A stretch of 64,000 bases of DNA from Endomicrobiales bacterium (GCA_963794945.1 CAWCFT010000008.1:64001-128000); one strand, 5' to 3'; counted from the first letter of the stretch, positions 50,872-61,989 are shown. A program made the numbers and translations. Notes: generated by a model from the sequence alone, not told the origin.

Positions 50872-52256
50872 CTAAAAGTTTGATATGCCGGTAAAAACCC
50901 TGTAAGTCGACTTCATTTCGCGGTATTGGCAAACGATCTGGTTAACTGTAGCGAGGATTCCTTTGCTATATACAATTTGACTGCTTTGCGATGCGCCTGA
51001 TTCCGAAAGTGTAAGTCCCTGCCAAGCCACTACACACCCTGCAATAACATTGCTGTCATATATGGTAACCGTGCCTGTGCAGTATATCAACCCTTCGTAA
51101 TCGCAGTTTGACCCTGAATCAAGAATTAAATTTCCGTCAACAAAGAGGATTCCGCTGGAAAATAGGTTATGCGACACAGTGAACTCGGCGTTGCCGCAGA
51201 TGTACACAAGGCACATATTCGGTAAAGGATTGGGAAGCTGGTTTACATTAGTGACAAGATAGTTAGCCATTATCTGCAGGTCTGATGTTGAAACTCCAAG
51301 GACATAAGACGGTGTACAGCTTGCGACTATCACCGATAGCCCGGCTGACCCCGTTATGTTCCCTCCGCTATTTATTAGATATGGCGGATTGGCCCCTCCG
51401 GAATAACCAACAGCATAATAACTAGTGCCTCCTGCTATAAGGCCAAGATTGTTAACTATTACGGTTGGCGTCAGACTGGATTACCCTTTTTTCCTGCCGG
51501 AGTCCCGCCGTAGTTAGTAATAACCGCGCAGTGAGGAAGGTTTAAATTGATCCTTCTTATTTCGGTAGAGACCATTGACCTCGCGAGAACATTTTTCATA
51601 TTGAAAGTTGATGTTGCGCCGTTACATGTATATGTATTACTGGATGCTTTGTAAATATAACCCCTGCTTCCGATGTACCAGGCGTAACCATTTCCTGTTA
51701 CCGCTCCGTTAAAAAACCTCTGCCCGCTAATGTCGTGAACAGAATATGAATCGTAAACTACTCCGGCAACCGCGGGGTTGGTTTGGCGCCTTACTTCATA
51801 CCTCCCGTAAAGCCCGGTGGCGGCATTTAACGGGTATTCCTGAACCATGCCAAGGCTTGTGTCTATAGTGGCGCTCAAAGCTGAACTTGTACTGTATTGC
51901 GGATTAAAAGCGCTGTCCGCCCAGGAACCGTTGGGCATGGAGCCGCCGAGGGCAGCAACCGCAGCAACCGGCTGAGTGGGCTGATTCTTAAACCAGGAAA
52001 TAGCGTCTTGCAGTCCGGCCCTTGCCACGTTGTCAACTTCTGAGCCCTGGTGTTCCTGATGCATGACAGTATTGTAGGCAGTGGTAATAAGCTGTGCCCC
52101 AACAATGGCAAGCATAGCAATAACCACAGATAGTATAAGGGCAGTAATAAGGGCGGAACCTTCCGTTTTTATGGGGTTGTGATTGTGCAGAAAATGGCGG
52201 ACAGGGCTGGGGATGGCTATAGAAATTGATTTAACCCAAAAACGCTTTAGTGACAT
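50872..52256 (-). CDS. PilX/GspK-like minor pilin (indel near 51480)
   Basis: EG|SALITALILSVVIAML (no Glu5), ARAGLQDA; C-terminal GILFVDGNL beta-repeat region in the second ORF. Confidence 0.7.
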
Positions 52257-52501
52257 CTAAATACCTTACTCGCGGAAGAATTATAGATGAAGCCGCGAAT
52301 CTGCTGTTATTTCCGTTACCAGTATAGCACAAAGACCATTATTTTTCAATAATTTTAATGGTGTGCTATTGCGCACATATACCCTACGTATTCACTCCAA
52401 ACTATTTTCAATAAAAAAATTGATAATTCAATGATATCTTTTTTATTTTTTGGCTTTTGCGTTTTAACTGCCGCGAAGACTTAATTCCCGGGGCTTTTTC
52501 T

Positions 52502-52530
52502 TTGACAGCCGTTGTTTTTTTTGTTAAAAT
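52502..52530 (+). promoter_or_regulatory. Sigma-70 promoter of the tmk operon
   Basis: TTGACA-17-TAAAAT with extended TG; ATG at 52544. Confidence 0.65.
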
Positions 52531-52543
52531 ATTACACTAAATT

Positions 52544-53192
52544 ATGAAAGGTTTTTTTATTACTTTTGAGGGTTGTGAAGGGAGCGGGAAGAGCACGCAG
52601 TCTAGGCTGCTGTGCGAACTGCTCCAAAAAAAAAGGCTGCAAAGTAACGCATACGCGGGAGCCGGGCGGCACAAAGATATCTGAAGCCGTGAGGCGCATA
52701 CTGCTTGACCCAAAGAACAACATTACCCCGATTGCCGAACTTTTTCTTTATGAAACGGCCCGCACGCAGCACATAGCGGACGTGATCAAACCAGCCCTTG
52801 AAGCTGGGCATATAGTCGTTTGTGACCGTTTCACGGATGCGACTATTGCCTACCAGGGATACGGCCGCGGCCTTGATATCGCGGTTATCAAAAAGCTGAA
52901 CTTCATCGCAGCCTGCGGCATAAGACCCGATATGACCGTATATCTGGACATTTCTGCTGAAGCAGGCCTCAGGAAAGCGCGTTCTATAAAAAAGGATTTC
53001 AAGAAGGCCTGCGACAGGCTGGAAGGAGAGGATATCTCTTTCCACGAACGGGTAAGAAAGGGATACCTTGCCCTAGCCAAGCAGGAGCCTGAAAGGATCA
53101 AAGTCATAGCAACACAGAGCACCATTGCCGGAACCCAAAAGAAGGTTTCAAAGGCAGTCTTAGACTGTCTTAAAACCAGCTATAAGTTGTAA
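52544..53192 (+). CDS. tmk: Thymidylate kinase (indel near 52630)
   Basis: MKGFFITFEGCEGSGKSTQ, TREPGG, CDRFTDATIAYQG. Confidence 0.95.
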
Positions 53193-53270
53193 GCTGTAAG
53201 AATGAAAGCTGTAAGAAAAAGACTTATCAGTTTTTTTCTGGCTTATCGCTTAAAGCTTATAGCTTAAAAC
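53179..53270. repeat. Inverted short-repeat array, family 3
   Basis: gctataagttgtaagctgtaagaatgaaagctgtaag ... gcttatcgcttaaagcttatagcttaa. Confidence 0.8.
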
Positions 53271-53280
53271 TATAATAATT

Positions 53281-54240
53281 ATGTTCTTTAACGATATCAT
53301 TAACCAACAGAAAGCCAAAACAATACTTTCGGGCCAGCTCGGCTCGGGCCGTATAGCGCACGCTTACCTATTCCTCGGCCAGGACGGCATCGGCCGGAAG
53401 AAAACGGCGCTGGAGCTCGCGAGAACTCTCAACTGCGCGAAAAACACTGTGGCAAAAAAGTTCGAAGAGGCCTGCGGCCATTGCGTTTCCTGTAAGAAAA
53501 TAGAACATTTTAACCATCCGGATGTAACAGTTATCGACCTGGCATACCAGGCACGCCTCGAGAACAAGGAAGTTGAAAAACAGAAAACGCTAAAGATAGA
53601 CACGATAAGGGCGATGCAAAAGGATATAAGCTTTAAACCCTCCGAAGGCAGGTGGAAGGTTTATGTAGTTGAGCCGGCAGAAAAGATAACGTTGGACGCT
53701 GCGAACTGTCTTTTAAAAACGCTTGAAGAACCGCCGGCGTGGACAGTAATAGTTTTGCTGGCAAAGCACAAGGAAAACCTGCCGGCAACGATAGTATCAA
53801 GAACCCAGATGATAAACTTCGCGCCTCTTTCGGAGCGTGAGGTCGCGGGATACCTTGTTTCAAATCACGGCGCTTCAGCGTCACAAGCAGGCGAGATAGC
53901 GGCAAAGTGCGAAGGATCGCTCTCTTCTGCGATTACAATGCTGGAGGATAACGAGAACCTCTCGCCCGCGCTATGGCAAAAGTTAAGGTCCGGGTCGCTT
54001 AGCTCAGCTGACATGCTTTTTACCAGCCAACAGTTCTCAAAGAACGCTCAGGAGCTGCTCGACGGCCTGATCAACGAAGCCAAGAATGATTTCCGCGCCG
54101 GCGCTGTCAATTCCGGTTACGCGGTAGAAGAGATATCTAACTCCAGAAAATTGCTTGAGCAGAATGTTAATCCGCAGATGGTGCTTGACGTGCTTTTGCT
54201 TAAAATGAACGAACGCCGTAAGAATAATATCAAAAATTAA
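53281..54240 (+). CDS. holB: DNA polymerase III delta' subunit
   Basis: HAYLFLG, CGHCVSC, HPDV, AANCLLKTLEEPP, TIVSR. Confidence 0.93.
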   Translation: MFFNDIINQQKAKTILSGQLGSGRIAHAYLFLGQDGIGRKKTALELARTLNCAKNTVAKKFEEACGHCVSCKKIEHFNHPDVTVIDLAYQARLENKEVEKQKTLKIDTIRAMQKDISFKPSEGRWKVYVVEPAEKITLDAANCLLKTLEEPPAWTVIVLLAKHKENLPATIVSRTQMINFAPLSEREVAGYLVSNHGASASQAGEIAAKCEGSLSSAITMLEDNENLSPALWQKLRSGSLSSADMLFTSQQFSKNAQELLDGLINEAKNDFRAGAVNSGYAVEEISNSRKLLEQNVNPQMVLDVLLLKMNERRKNNIKN

Positions 54241-54325
54241 AAATCAAATATCAAATTTTAGGTTAAAGCCTTTTATAGAAACAAGATAGATCAATTTTTA
54301 TTTTTTATATTTGAATTTTGATTTA
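54226..54325. repeat. Inverted short-repeat array, family 5
   Basis: atatcaaaaattaaaaatcaaatatcaaattttaggttaa ... tttttatatttgaattttgattt. Confidence 0.7.
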
Positions 54326-54337
54326 CAGGAGTTATAT

Positions 54338-55126
54338 ATGCCAATAGTAGTCGGGATCACGGTACGAAGGATAAAGGAAAAGATATACGGCGACACAGGG
54401 CATCTAGACCTTGTTATCGGCGACAAGGTTCTGGCGGAAACCGAACATGGGCAGGAAGACGGCGTTGTTTGCGAACGCGAGAAAATGGTTGAAAAGCTTA
54501 AAGATACACCGGCTAAAGTTATTAGGAAGCTGACGCCCGAAGACAAAAGGCGCATCGCGGAAAACGAGCTTAAGAACCAGCAGGCCCAGAAAGCGGTGCT
54601 GGGCAAAATAGAGGACCACGAGCTCGACATGAAGCTCACCTGCGTCCAGTACACGTTCGACCGCGCCAAGCTTTTTATTTATTACACGGCCGAAACCCGT
54701 GTGGATTTCAGGGAGCTCATAAAGGACCTGGGGCACATACTAAAGACACGCATCCAGATGGTGCAGATCGGCGTACGCGACGAATCTAAAATGATAGGCG
54801 GCCTCGGAGCCTGCGGAAGGAAGCTGTGCTGCCAGGGGTTCCTCAAAGATTTTTCTTCGGTCACAATAGACATGGCAAAGGAGCAGGACCTGTCCCTGAA
54901 CACATCAAAGCTGTCCGGCCTTTGCGGAAGGCTAATGTGCTGCCTTGCCTTTGAACACGAGTTCTACAAGGAAGCCAAGAAAAGGATGCCCGCTGCGGGA
55001 ACAAAGGTAAAGACTCCTGCCGGGCCCGCTATGGTGTTTTCACTCAACTGCCTCAAAGAAGAGGTTACAGTCGAGCTTGCCGACAAGCAGCATAAAACGT
55101 TCCCACTGAAAGACGTTACGGTGTGA
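54338..55126 (+). CDS. ricT: PSP1/RicT (YaaT) family protein
   Basis: RVDFRELIKDL, QIGVRDE, CGRKLCC, KLSGLCGRLMCC. Confidence 0.9.
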   Translation: MPIVVGITVRRIKEKIYGDTGHLDLVIGDKVLAETEHGQEDGVVCEREKMVEKLKDTPAKVIRKLTPEDKRRIAENELKNQQAQKAVLGKIEDHELDMKLTCVQYTFDRAKLFIYYTAETRVDFRELIKDLGHILKTRIQMVQIGVRDESKMIGGLGACGRKLCCQGFLKDFSSVTIDMAKEQDLSLNTSKLSGLCGRLMCCLAFEHEFYKEAKKRMPAAGTKVKTPAGPAMVFSLNCLKEEVTVELADKQHKTFPLKDVTV

Positions 55127-55143
55127 TCTGAATTTAATATATT

Positions 55144-56668
55144 ATGAAATACTATCTGACAACCCCGATTTATTACGTTAACGACCTGCCGCACATTGGC
55201 CACGCTTATACCACGGTCGCTGGCTGACGTAGTTTCCCGATGGAAAAGACTTTGCGGAGACGACGTTTTCTTTCTCACAGGCACTGATGAGCATGGTGCC
55301 AAGATCTGCCAGGCGGCCGCAAAAGCTGGGGCCTCCCCCAAAGAGTTCTGTGACAGGATATCATCTGAGTTCAGCAAAGAATGGAAGAACCTCAAAATAA
55401 CTAACGATTATTTCGTACGCACAACTGATGAACAACATATAAAAGCCGTTCAGAAGTTCCTTTCCGCACTGCACGAGACAGGTGCCGTACAGAAAGGCAA
55501 ATATGAAGGGCTTTATTGTGTTGGCTGTGAGAAATTCATAGCCGAGGCCGACCTTTTGGATGGATGCTGTCCGGATCACAAGCAAAAGCCCGCCCTCCAG
55601 TCCGAAGAGAATTGGTTTTTCCGACTGGCAGATTACCAGGAAGAGCTGTTAAAGATCATAACTGACGATTCCGACCCGCGCGTGAAGATATTCCCCATAG
55701 AGCGCAGGAACGAAATAATAGGCAAGCTTAAAAGTATGAAGCTCGACAACATAAGCATCTCCCGCGCTAACCTCGAATGGGGTGTACCGCTTCCTTTTGA
55801 CCCGGCCCAGACCGCGTACGTGTGGGTGGACGCGCTTCTAAACTATATTACAGCCATAGGCTACGGCGAGGATGCGGACGAGTTCAAGAAGTTGTGGCCC
55901 GCCGACCTGCACCTTATGGCAAAAGACATACTCTGGTTCCACAGCGTAATATGGCCGGCGATGCTACTCTCGGTCAAGATGCCGCTCCCTAAAAAGATAT
56001 TCGCGCACGGATTTTTTACAATAAACGGCGACAAAATGTCAAAAACGATAGGCAACGTGATACTTCCCAAAGAGATGTCAGATAAGTTCGGCGTAGACGC
56101 GGCAAGGTATCTAATGCTTTCACTTTTTCCCTTCGGCGCGGACGGCGATATATCCTGGCAGGCCCTTACCGAAAAATTCAACACTGACCTCGCCAATAAT
56201 CTCGGCAACCTCGTGTCGCGTACACTTACTATGGTAGAGAAATATTTCGAAGGCAGGATACCTAAACCAAATTCCAATCCCATGATAGAAGAGGTAATAA
56301 ATATCGTAGATTTCAACGAATATTTTGATAACCTCCAATTCAATTATATTATTGAAACTATACAGAAACATTTAAACCATTCCAACCAACTCATAGAAAG
56401 ATCTGCGCCGTGGAAAATGGCGAAGGCTAACGATCCCGAGCTCTCTACCGTGCTGTTCGAACTTCTCAACAGGATCAGGGTGGCGGCCTTATCGGTATTC
56501 CCATTTATGCCTGAAATATCGGCGAACATCTGGAAACAGATCGGCGCTGATGAAAATATCGAGAGCGAAGCCAAAGCCTTTTTTCAAGGCAGCATTATCG
56601 CTTCCCCCAAGCCCGGCAGTGCAATAACAAAATCCGGCAACCTTTTTCCTAGAATACAGAGCAAGTAG
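55144..56668 (+). CDS. metG: Methionyl-tRNA synthetase (indel near 55220)
   Basis: YYLTTPIYYVNDLPHIGH, GTDEHG, YVWVDAL, KMSKT. Confidence 0.95.
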
Positions 56669-56693
56669 CTGATTTCCCAACCCTTTAAAAAAT

Positions 56694-57452
56694 ATGTTTA
56701 TTGATACTCACGCGCACTTAACCGATGAACGCTTTGACCCGGACAGGCCGGAGGTCATCAGCCGCGCCAGGGCGAGCGGCGTTTCAAAGATAATCGAGAT
56801 CGCCTGCGAGCCGGGCTACTGGAGCAAGGCTCTCGAGCTTTCATCCGCAAATAACGACATATTCTGCGCGCTCGGCATTCATCCACAGGAAGCGCAGCTT
56901 AGCGATGAAGCATTGTTTAGCAAACTAAGCGAGCTTATCAAAAACCCGAAAGTCATTGCCATAGGCGAGACCGGGTTGGACTATCACCATGAGAATTCCA
57001 CCAGGGAAAAACAACGTGAAGTCTTTATAAAACATATAGAGCTTGCTGCAAATTCCGGGAAGCCGCTTGTTGTCCATTGCCGTGAAGCTTATCCAGACCT
57101 TCTTGATATACTAAACGGAAAAAGCTACAGAGGAGTGGTGCATTGTTTTTCAGGCTCCTTGCAAGATTCCGAGAAGCTGCTGGAAATGGGTTTTTACCTG
57201 GGTATAGACGGCCCCGTGACCTACCCGGGTGCAAAAGAACTTAGGCGTGTAGTTGCCGCCATTCCGCTGGATAGGATATTGATCGAGACCGACTGCCCGT
57301 ACCTCCCTCCGCAGCCGCACAGAGGCGGCAGGAACGAACCATCTTTCGTGAGCCTTATAGCGAAAGAGATAGCAATGATAAAAGGGATTGACCCTGTAGA
57401 AATATCTAAGATACTTTACAATAATTCATTAGATGTTTTTAAACTTTTATGA
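56694..57452 (+). CDS. tatD: TatD family hydrolase
   Basis: DTHAH, GIHP, IGETGLD, VHCR, HCFSG, ETDCPY. Confidence 0.95.
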   Translation: MFIDTHAHLTDERFDPDRPEVISRARASGVSKIIEIACEPGYWSKALELSSANNDIFCALGIHPQEAQLSDEALFSKLSELIKNPKVIAIGETGLDYHHENSTREKQREVFIKHIELAANSGKPLVVHCREAYPDLLDILNGKSYRGVVHCFSGSLQDSEKLLEMGFYLGIDGPVTYPGAKELRRVVAAIPLDRILIETDCPYLPPQPHRGGRNEPSFVSLIAKEIAMIKGIDPVEISKILYNNSLDVFKLL

Positions 57453-58600
57453 AAACGAAAATACTGCTTATTCTTTTGGGGGGTTGCGCCGGAGCAATAC
57501 TTATAAGCTTATGGCCTCCTTTTATTAAAGAACCAAAATTGAGCATTAACGATATACATATTGCCTGGCTTTTAAACGGAAAAGAGTTTTTTGTCAATAA
57601 CGGCTCTTTGCTTGAAACGAATCCCGAAATTGTTAGGCTTGATAATCCGAAAGAATCGTTCACGCCGCAAAAAGCAGCGGGGGTTTACCGTATATTCTGT
57701 ATTGGAGGGTCAAACACAAGAGGATGGCCTTTCCATCAATATATATCCTACCCTAAATTTTTAAATCTTTATCTAAGGGATCTGCTTCCTGCCAGAAAAA
57801 TAGAAGTTATAAATGCCGGATTCATGCGGTCATCTACAGATAGCGATATCAGGCTGCTGCGCGAGCTGATGAATTTCCAGCCCGACCTTATAATAGCTTA
57901 TGAAGGAAGAAATGAAAGCATGAACCTGCCGTTATATTCCGGGATTAATGCAATTCTTATCCGAATACACATACAGCTATTAAGGAGTTTTCCCCTCTAC
58001 CGTTTAATGAATTATTTCTATGATGACAATTTTAATGGGGGAGAAAGGCTCGAAGGTTTTGCACATATGACTTCCGGCAAAGGCCCTGTCCTGCTCAAAA
58101 CACATTACATGAAAAATCTTCAGATTATAAACAACATCTGCCGGAATAAAGGATGCCACATAGTATTTTTGTCACAGCTAAAAAGCAAATACGAGCTCAA
58201 CCCGGATTCGGAAATAGCCATCATTGATTCCTACCTTGAAGAATTCGCATCGAAAAACAATTGTTTTTTATTTAAAATTGATAAGGCATACGCATCCTCT
58301 GAATTTTTTAAAAGCGATTTCATAATGGACAACACGAATCACCCTGGTTTTATGGGCTATATGTTTATAGCCAAGGATATATGTAAATCTCTTTACGACA
58401 ATGATATCATAGCCGCCAAGAATGTTTGGAACTGGAGCAATTTACAGAACGACAGGTATTACTTGAATAATATTGGTTTTAATTCCAGTATATTGAATAA
58501 AGTATACGCAGAAAGAGTGATTTCTTTTTTTCGAGTAAACAATATTAGAGAAAAATGTTTACAAAGCGTAGCTGATTATAAAGCTACCTATGGAGAATAA
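57449..58600 (+). CDS. Membrane-anchored SGNH/GDSL hydrolase-like protein
   Basis: IFCIGGSNT, EVINAG, YEGRNE, DNTNHP blocks; AT-rich. Confidence 0.65.
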   Translation: MKTKILLILLGGCAGAILISLWPPFIKEPKLSINDIHIAWLLNGKEFFVNNGSLLETNPEIVRLDNPKESFTPQKAAGVYRIFCIGGSNTRGWPFHQYISYPKFLNLYLRDLLPARKIEVINAGFMRSSTDSDIRLLRELMNFQPDLIIAYEGRNESMNLPLYSGINAILIRIHIQLLRSFPLYRLMNYFYDDNFNGGERLEGFAHMTSGKGPVLLKTHYMKNLQIINNICRNKGCHIVFLSQLKSKYELNPDSEIAIIDSYLEEFASKNNCFLFKIDKAYASSEFFKSDFIMDNTNHPGFMGYMFIAKDICKSLYDNDIIAAKNVWNWSNLQNDRYYLNNIGFNSSILNKVYAERVISFFRVNNIREKCLQSVADYKATYGE

Positions 58601-58605
58601 TCATT

Positions 58606-59208
58606 ATGGCAATAACCTATAAATATCAGGATAATCTCTACATTAACCTTACAAACCGCTGTGTAATGGCGTGCACTTACTGCATAAAATACAAATGGAA
58701 AAGCAAATTTCGCGGCAACAACCTGCGGCTAGAAAGAGAACCTTCGGTCGGAGAAATCATAACAGCGATAAAAGATCCAAAGAAATTCAGAGAAGTGATA
58801 TTCTGCGGGTATGGCGAACCGCTTGTCAGGTTCAGAGTGCTGAAACAAGTAGCCGGCTGGGTTAAATCTCAAGGCGGCAAGACACGCGTAAACACAACTG
58901 GAAATTTCAAACCTCATGACTCCAAGAAAATGCTCGCGGCTCTCAAAGGTGTAATAGACTGTATGTCCGTAAGCCTTAACGCGCCGGACGCGAAAACATA
59001 CGTCAAAATAAACCGCCCCAAATACGGAATAGCGGCATTCAAAAATGTTTTAAGTTTCATCCGCCTCGCGAAGCGCTACATACCCGACACAACGGTGACG
59101 ACCGTCACGCTCCCCGGCATTGATGTCTCTAAGTGCCGCTCCATAGCAAAAAAATTGAAAGTTAACTTCAGGGTCAGGCCTTACCTGGACGAATATGAGA
59201 ACAGCTAA
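58606..59208 (+). CDS. TatD-associated radical SAM protein
   Basis: LYINLTNRCVMACTYC, FCGYGEP, VSLNA. Confidence 0.88.
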   Translation: MAITYKYQDNLYINLTNRCVMACTYCIKYKWKSKFRGNNLRLEREPSVGEIITAIKDPKKFREVIFCGYGEPLVRFRVLKQVAGWVKSQGGKTRVNTTGNFKPHDSKKMLAALKGVIDCMSVSLNAPDAKTYVKINRPKYGIAAFKNVLSFIRLAKRYIPDTTVTTVTLPGIDVSKCRSIAKKLKVNFRVRPYLDEYENS

Positions 59209-60013
59209 ATACTTTTATTCTTATGCCCTCATCTCGGTTATCTGCGCCATATCCATCCTTTTTTTCTATTTCAACTACTTCAACATGGTCAAGATTATTG
59301 CCGACGGCAAGGTGATGGTTGTTCCCGTCCAGAACGTCACCATTGCAGAATTCCTTAAGAACAGAGGCATAGCGGTCAGCACGGGCGATATAGTGGTACC
59401 ATCGCTTGAAAATCGGGTGCCGAGGCACGGGATTATAGGCATCATACGCGTAGCGGAGAAAACGGAGACTGTGAGCGAAGTGTTGCCTTTCATTGTCAGG
59501 TGGAGCCACAAAGACTCGAGAAACCTCAGGCCTGTTGAACTTCAAAAAGGCACTCAAAGAGTGAAGACTAAACTCATTAAGACAATCTACCACGACGGCC
59601 AGGTGGCTTCAAGGGAAACTCTTAGGGAAAGGGTCACCACGAAAACCGCTTACAGGCTGGTGCTCCTTGCTAAGGATGGTTCGTGGGAATGTATTTATGA
59701 CCTTTCGAAAGCAAAAAAGCACCGTATGATCGCCACAGCATATTATCCCGGTGACCCATTAGCTTGGCGTGACGGGACAGAAACGTTCCTGGGTGAGAAA
59801 ATGCAGAGAGGTATAGTTGCCGTTGACCCAAGGGTAATACCATTGAGAACGAGAGTTTTTGTTTCAGGTTACGGTTACGGCTGGGCTGGTGACACCGGCT
59901 CGGCCATAAAGAAAAAAAGGATTGACCTGGGAGTCAACAACAAACAGGAAGAGAAGGACTATATGCACGTACCTGTGGTTGTTTATATACTTGAAAAAGC
60001 GAACAGCTGGTAA
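59195..60013 (+). CDS. YabE-like protein with a C-terminal 3D domain
   Basis: ATAY, VAVDPRVIPL, AGDTGSAIK, RIDL. Confidence 0.85.
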   Translation: MRTAKYFYSYALISVICAISILFFYFNYFNMVKIIADGKVMVVPVQNVTIAEFLKNRGIAVSTGDIVVPSLENRVPRHGIIGIIRVAEKTETVSEVLPFIVRWSHKDSRNLRPVELQKGTQRVKTKLIKTIYHDGQVASRETLRERVTTKTAYRLVLLAKDGSWECIYDLSKAKKHRMIATAYYPGDPLAWRDGTETFLGEKMQRGIVAVDPRVIPLRTRVFVSGYGYGWAGDTGSAIKKKRIDLGVNNKQEEKDYMHVPVVVYILEKANSW

Positions 60014-60021
60014 AGATATTA

Positions 60022-60130
60022 TCAGGGGTAAGGGATAAGTGGTAAGTAACAGCAAACATATTAACAAACGACCATATTTACGGTAATAACTGTTTTAGTA
60101 AGATGTTCTTAACCCTTACCTCTTATCACT
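60022..60130. repeat. Inverted short-repeat array, family 6
   Basis: aggggtaagggataagtggtaag ... cttaacccttacctcttatcact. Confidence 0.65.
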
Positions 60131-61156
60131 GTTTCTGTTCGGTTCGATTATAACTTTGATCGAATCTTTTCCGGAAGCAGTAAGCTTGAAGCCATCAATT
60201 GTTCTATCTAGCGGAAGCTTGTGCGTTATAAGAGCACCCACCTTAACTTTGCCGTCCCGTATCAGCTCAAGCGATTCTCGGTTGTCCGAAGGAGCAGCGC
60301 CGTAAGATGTGACAAGTGTCATGTCGTTGCGCCAGAAATCGTTAACCGGTATATCAAGCCTCAGCCCCGGCTCTGTAGGCGCAAAAAACATGACTTTCCC
60401 GCCTTTATCGGCAAGCTCGAGCGCCTGTTTGAAGGCCGGAAAAGCACCGGTTGAAACTATTACTACATCATAAAGTTCGCCGCCGTTAGCCTTCTTCGCT
60501 TCTTCTATTACATTACCCTTCGCGTTTATAACAGCCGTTGCGCCCATCTCGACGGCTTTTTTCAAGCGGAACTCGTTGACATCCGTAATCACAACTTTGG
60601 CTGCACCCCGCGCTTTCGCAAGCAGAAGATGCAAAAGACCGGATATGCCAGCCCCGAGTATTATCACGGTCTGCCTTGCTTTTACACCGGCGGTCCGCTG
60701 GGCTCTTACAACGCAGGCGAGCGGCTCGACAAACACAGCTTCGTCATATGACATTGTTTCAGGCAAGACAAAAACACCGCAGTCGAGATTTATCTCGGGC
60801 ACCCTTAAATACTGCGAAAATCCACCGGGATCGTAATTGGTTGTGTGCAGCAGGTGGCATGCAGTGTGATGACCGTTAGCACAGTACCTGCATGTGTTGC
60901 AGGGCACGTGATGCGACACAAAAACCCTGTCACCGACTTTATACTTCTTTACGTTCTTGCCGGCCTCGACTATCTCACCGCCGATCTCATGGCCCAGCAC
61001 AAGCGGCGCTTTTTTTATCCTGTACCACTCCATCACGTCAGAGCCGCAGATACCGCTTGAATGCACCTTAACAAGAAGCTCGCCGTCGCCTATTTTCGGC
61101 ACCGGACGTTCTTCAACGCGCACATCGTTGTTGTTGTAATACACCGCGACTTTCAT
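60116..61156 (-). CDS. Zn-dependent alcohol/sugar dehydrogenase (MDR family)
   Basis: GICGSD, LGHE, CNTCRYC...C, EPLAC, GAGISG. Confidence 0.9.
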   Translation of the reverse strand: MKVAVYYNNNDVRVEERPVPKIGDGELLVKVHSSGICGSDVMEWYRIKKAPLVLGHEIGGEIVEAGKNVKKYKVGDRVFVSHHVPCNTCRYCANGHHTACHLLHTTNYDPGGFSQYLRVPEINLDCGVFVLPETMSYDEAVFVEPLACVVRAQRTAGVKARQTVIILGAGISGLLHLLLAKARGAAKVVITDVNEFRLKKAVEMGATAVINAKGNVIEEAKKANGGELYDVVIVSTGAFPAFKQALELADKGGKVMFFAPTEPGLRLDIPVNDFWRNDMTLVTSYGAAPSDNRESLELIRDGKVKVGALITHKLPLDRTIDGFKLTASGKDSIKVIIEPNRNSDKR

Positions 61157-61181
61157 TACTGTTTCCTTTCAGTCGTAGAAT

Positions 61182-61979
61182 CTATCTCGCTTTTTTGGCT
61201 TCCATAAATATCTCGTGGGCTTCCTTGGATGTGGCGTTCTTGTGCACTATCGCGTAAAGCGCTTTAGCGACCGCTGCCGGGTTCGGGTTCTGCCATATGT
61301 TCCTGCCAAGGTTTATGCCACACGAACCCTTCTTTATGCCGTCGTAGACAAAATCGAACACCTCTTTCTCGGTCTCGCACTTGGGGCCTCCGGCCATAAC
61401 TACTGGCACAGGGCAGCCTTCGACTACTTTTTCGAAATCTTTCTCGCACCAGTAAGTCTTGACGACCCTAGCGCCGAGTTCGGCGGCTATGCGGCAGCTG
61501 AGCGCGAGATATCTTGCCTCGATCTTTGAACCAATCTCTTTTCCCACGGCCGTTACTGCCATAACCGGGATGCCGTAGTCTTCGCACTGGTTGACTATTT
61601 TCGAGAGGTTCATAAGTGTCTGGTGCTCGTAATCGCTTCCGACGAAAATAGAAATGCCAACAGCCGAAGCGTTGAGCCTTATTATCTCTTCGATGGATGT
61701 AGTAAGGCCTTCATTTGCGAGGTCTTTGCCTACCATGCTTGTGCCGCCCGAAACTCTCAAGATAACCGGCTTATCAATAGATTCCCCAACACAGGACCTG
61801 AGCACACCCCTGGTCACGAACAACGCGTCGCAGTATTCCATCAGCGGCGCGATGGTCTTGCCGGGTTTTTCAAGACAGCTTGTCGGCCCTTGAAAATAGC
61901 CATGATCGATAGGAAGAAAAAAACAGCGCCCGTCTTCTTTAATAAGTTTTGACAACCTGTTTTTCATGCCCCAGTCCAT
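61182..61979 (-). CDS. lsrF: LsrF-like thiolase / class I aldolase
   Basis: MDWGMKNRL, DHGYFQGP, RIAAELGA, VKTY, AGGPK, GRNIWQ. Confidence 0.85.
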   Translation of the reverse strand: MDWGMKNRLSKLIKEDGRCFFLPIDHGYFQGPTSCLEKPGKTIAPLMEYCDALFVTRGVLRSCVGESIDKPVILRVSGGTSMVGKDLANEGLTTSIEEIIRLNASAVGISIFVGSDYEHQTLMNLSKIVNQCEDYGIPVMAVTAVGKEIGSKIEARYLALSCRIAAELGARVVKTYWCEKDFEKVVEGCPVPVVMAGGPKCETEKEVFDFVYDGIKKGSCGINLGRNIWQNPNPAAVAKALYAIVHKNATSKEAHEIFMEAKKAR

Positions 61980-61989
61980 TTAAACCTCC

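Noticed and set aside
45891..52256. Pilin cassette as an element integrated at tRNA-Ala
   Set aside because: The cassette lies on the 5' side of the tRNA, and no integrase or duplicated tRNA 3' end was found.
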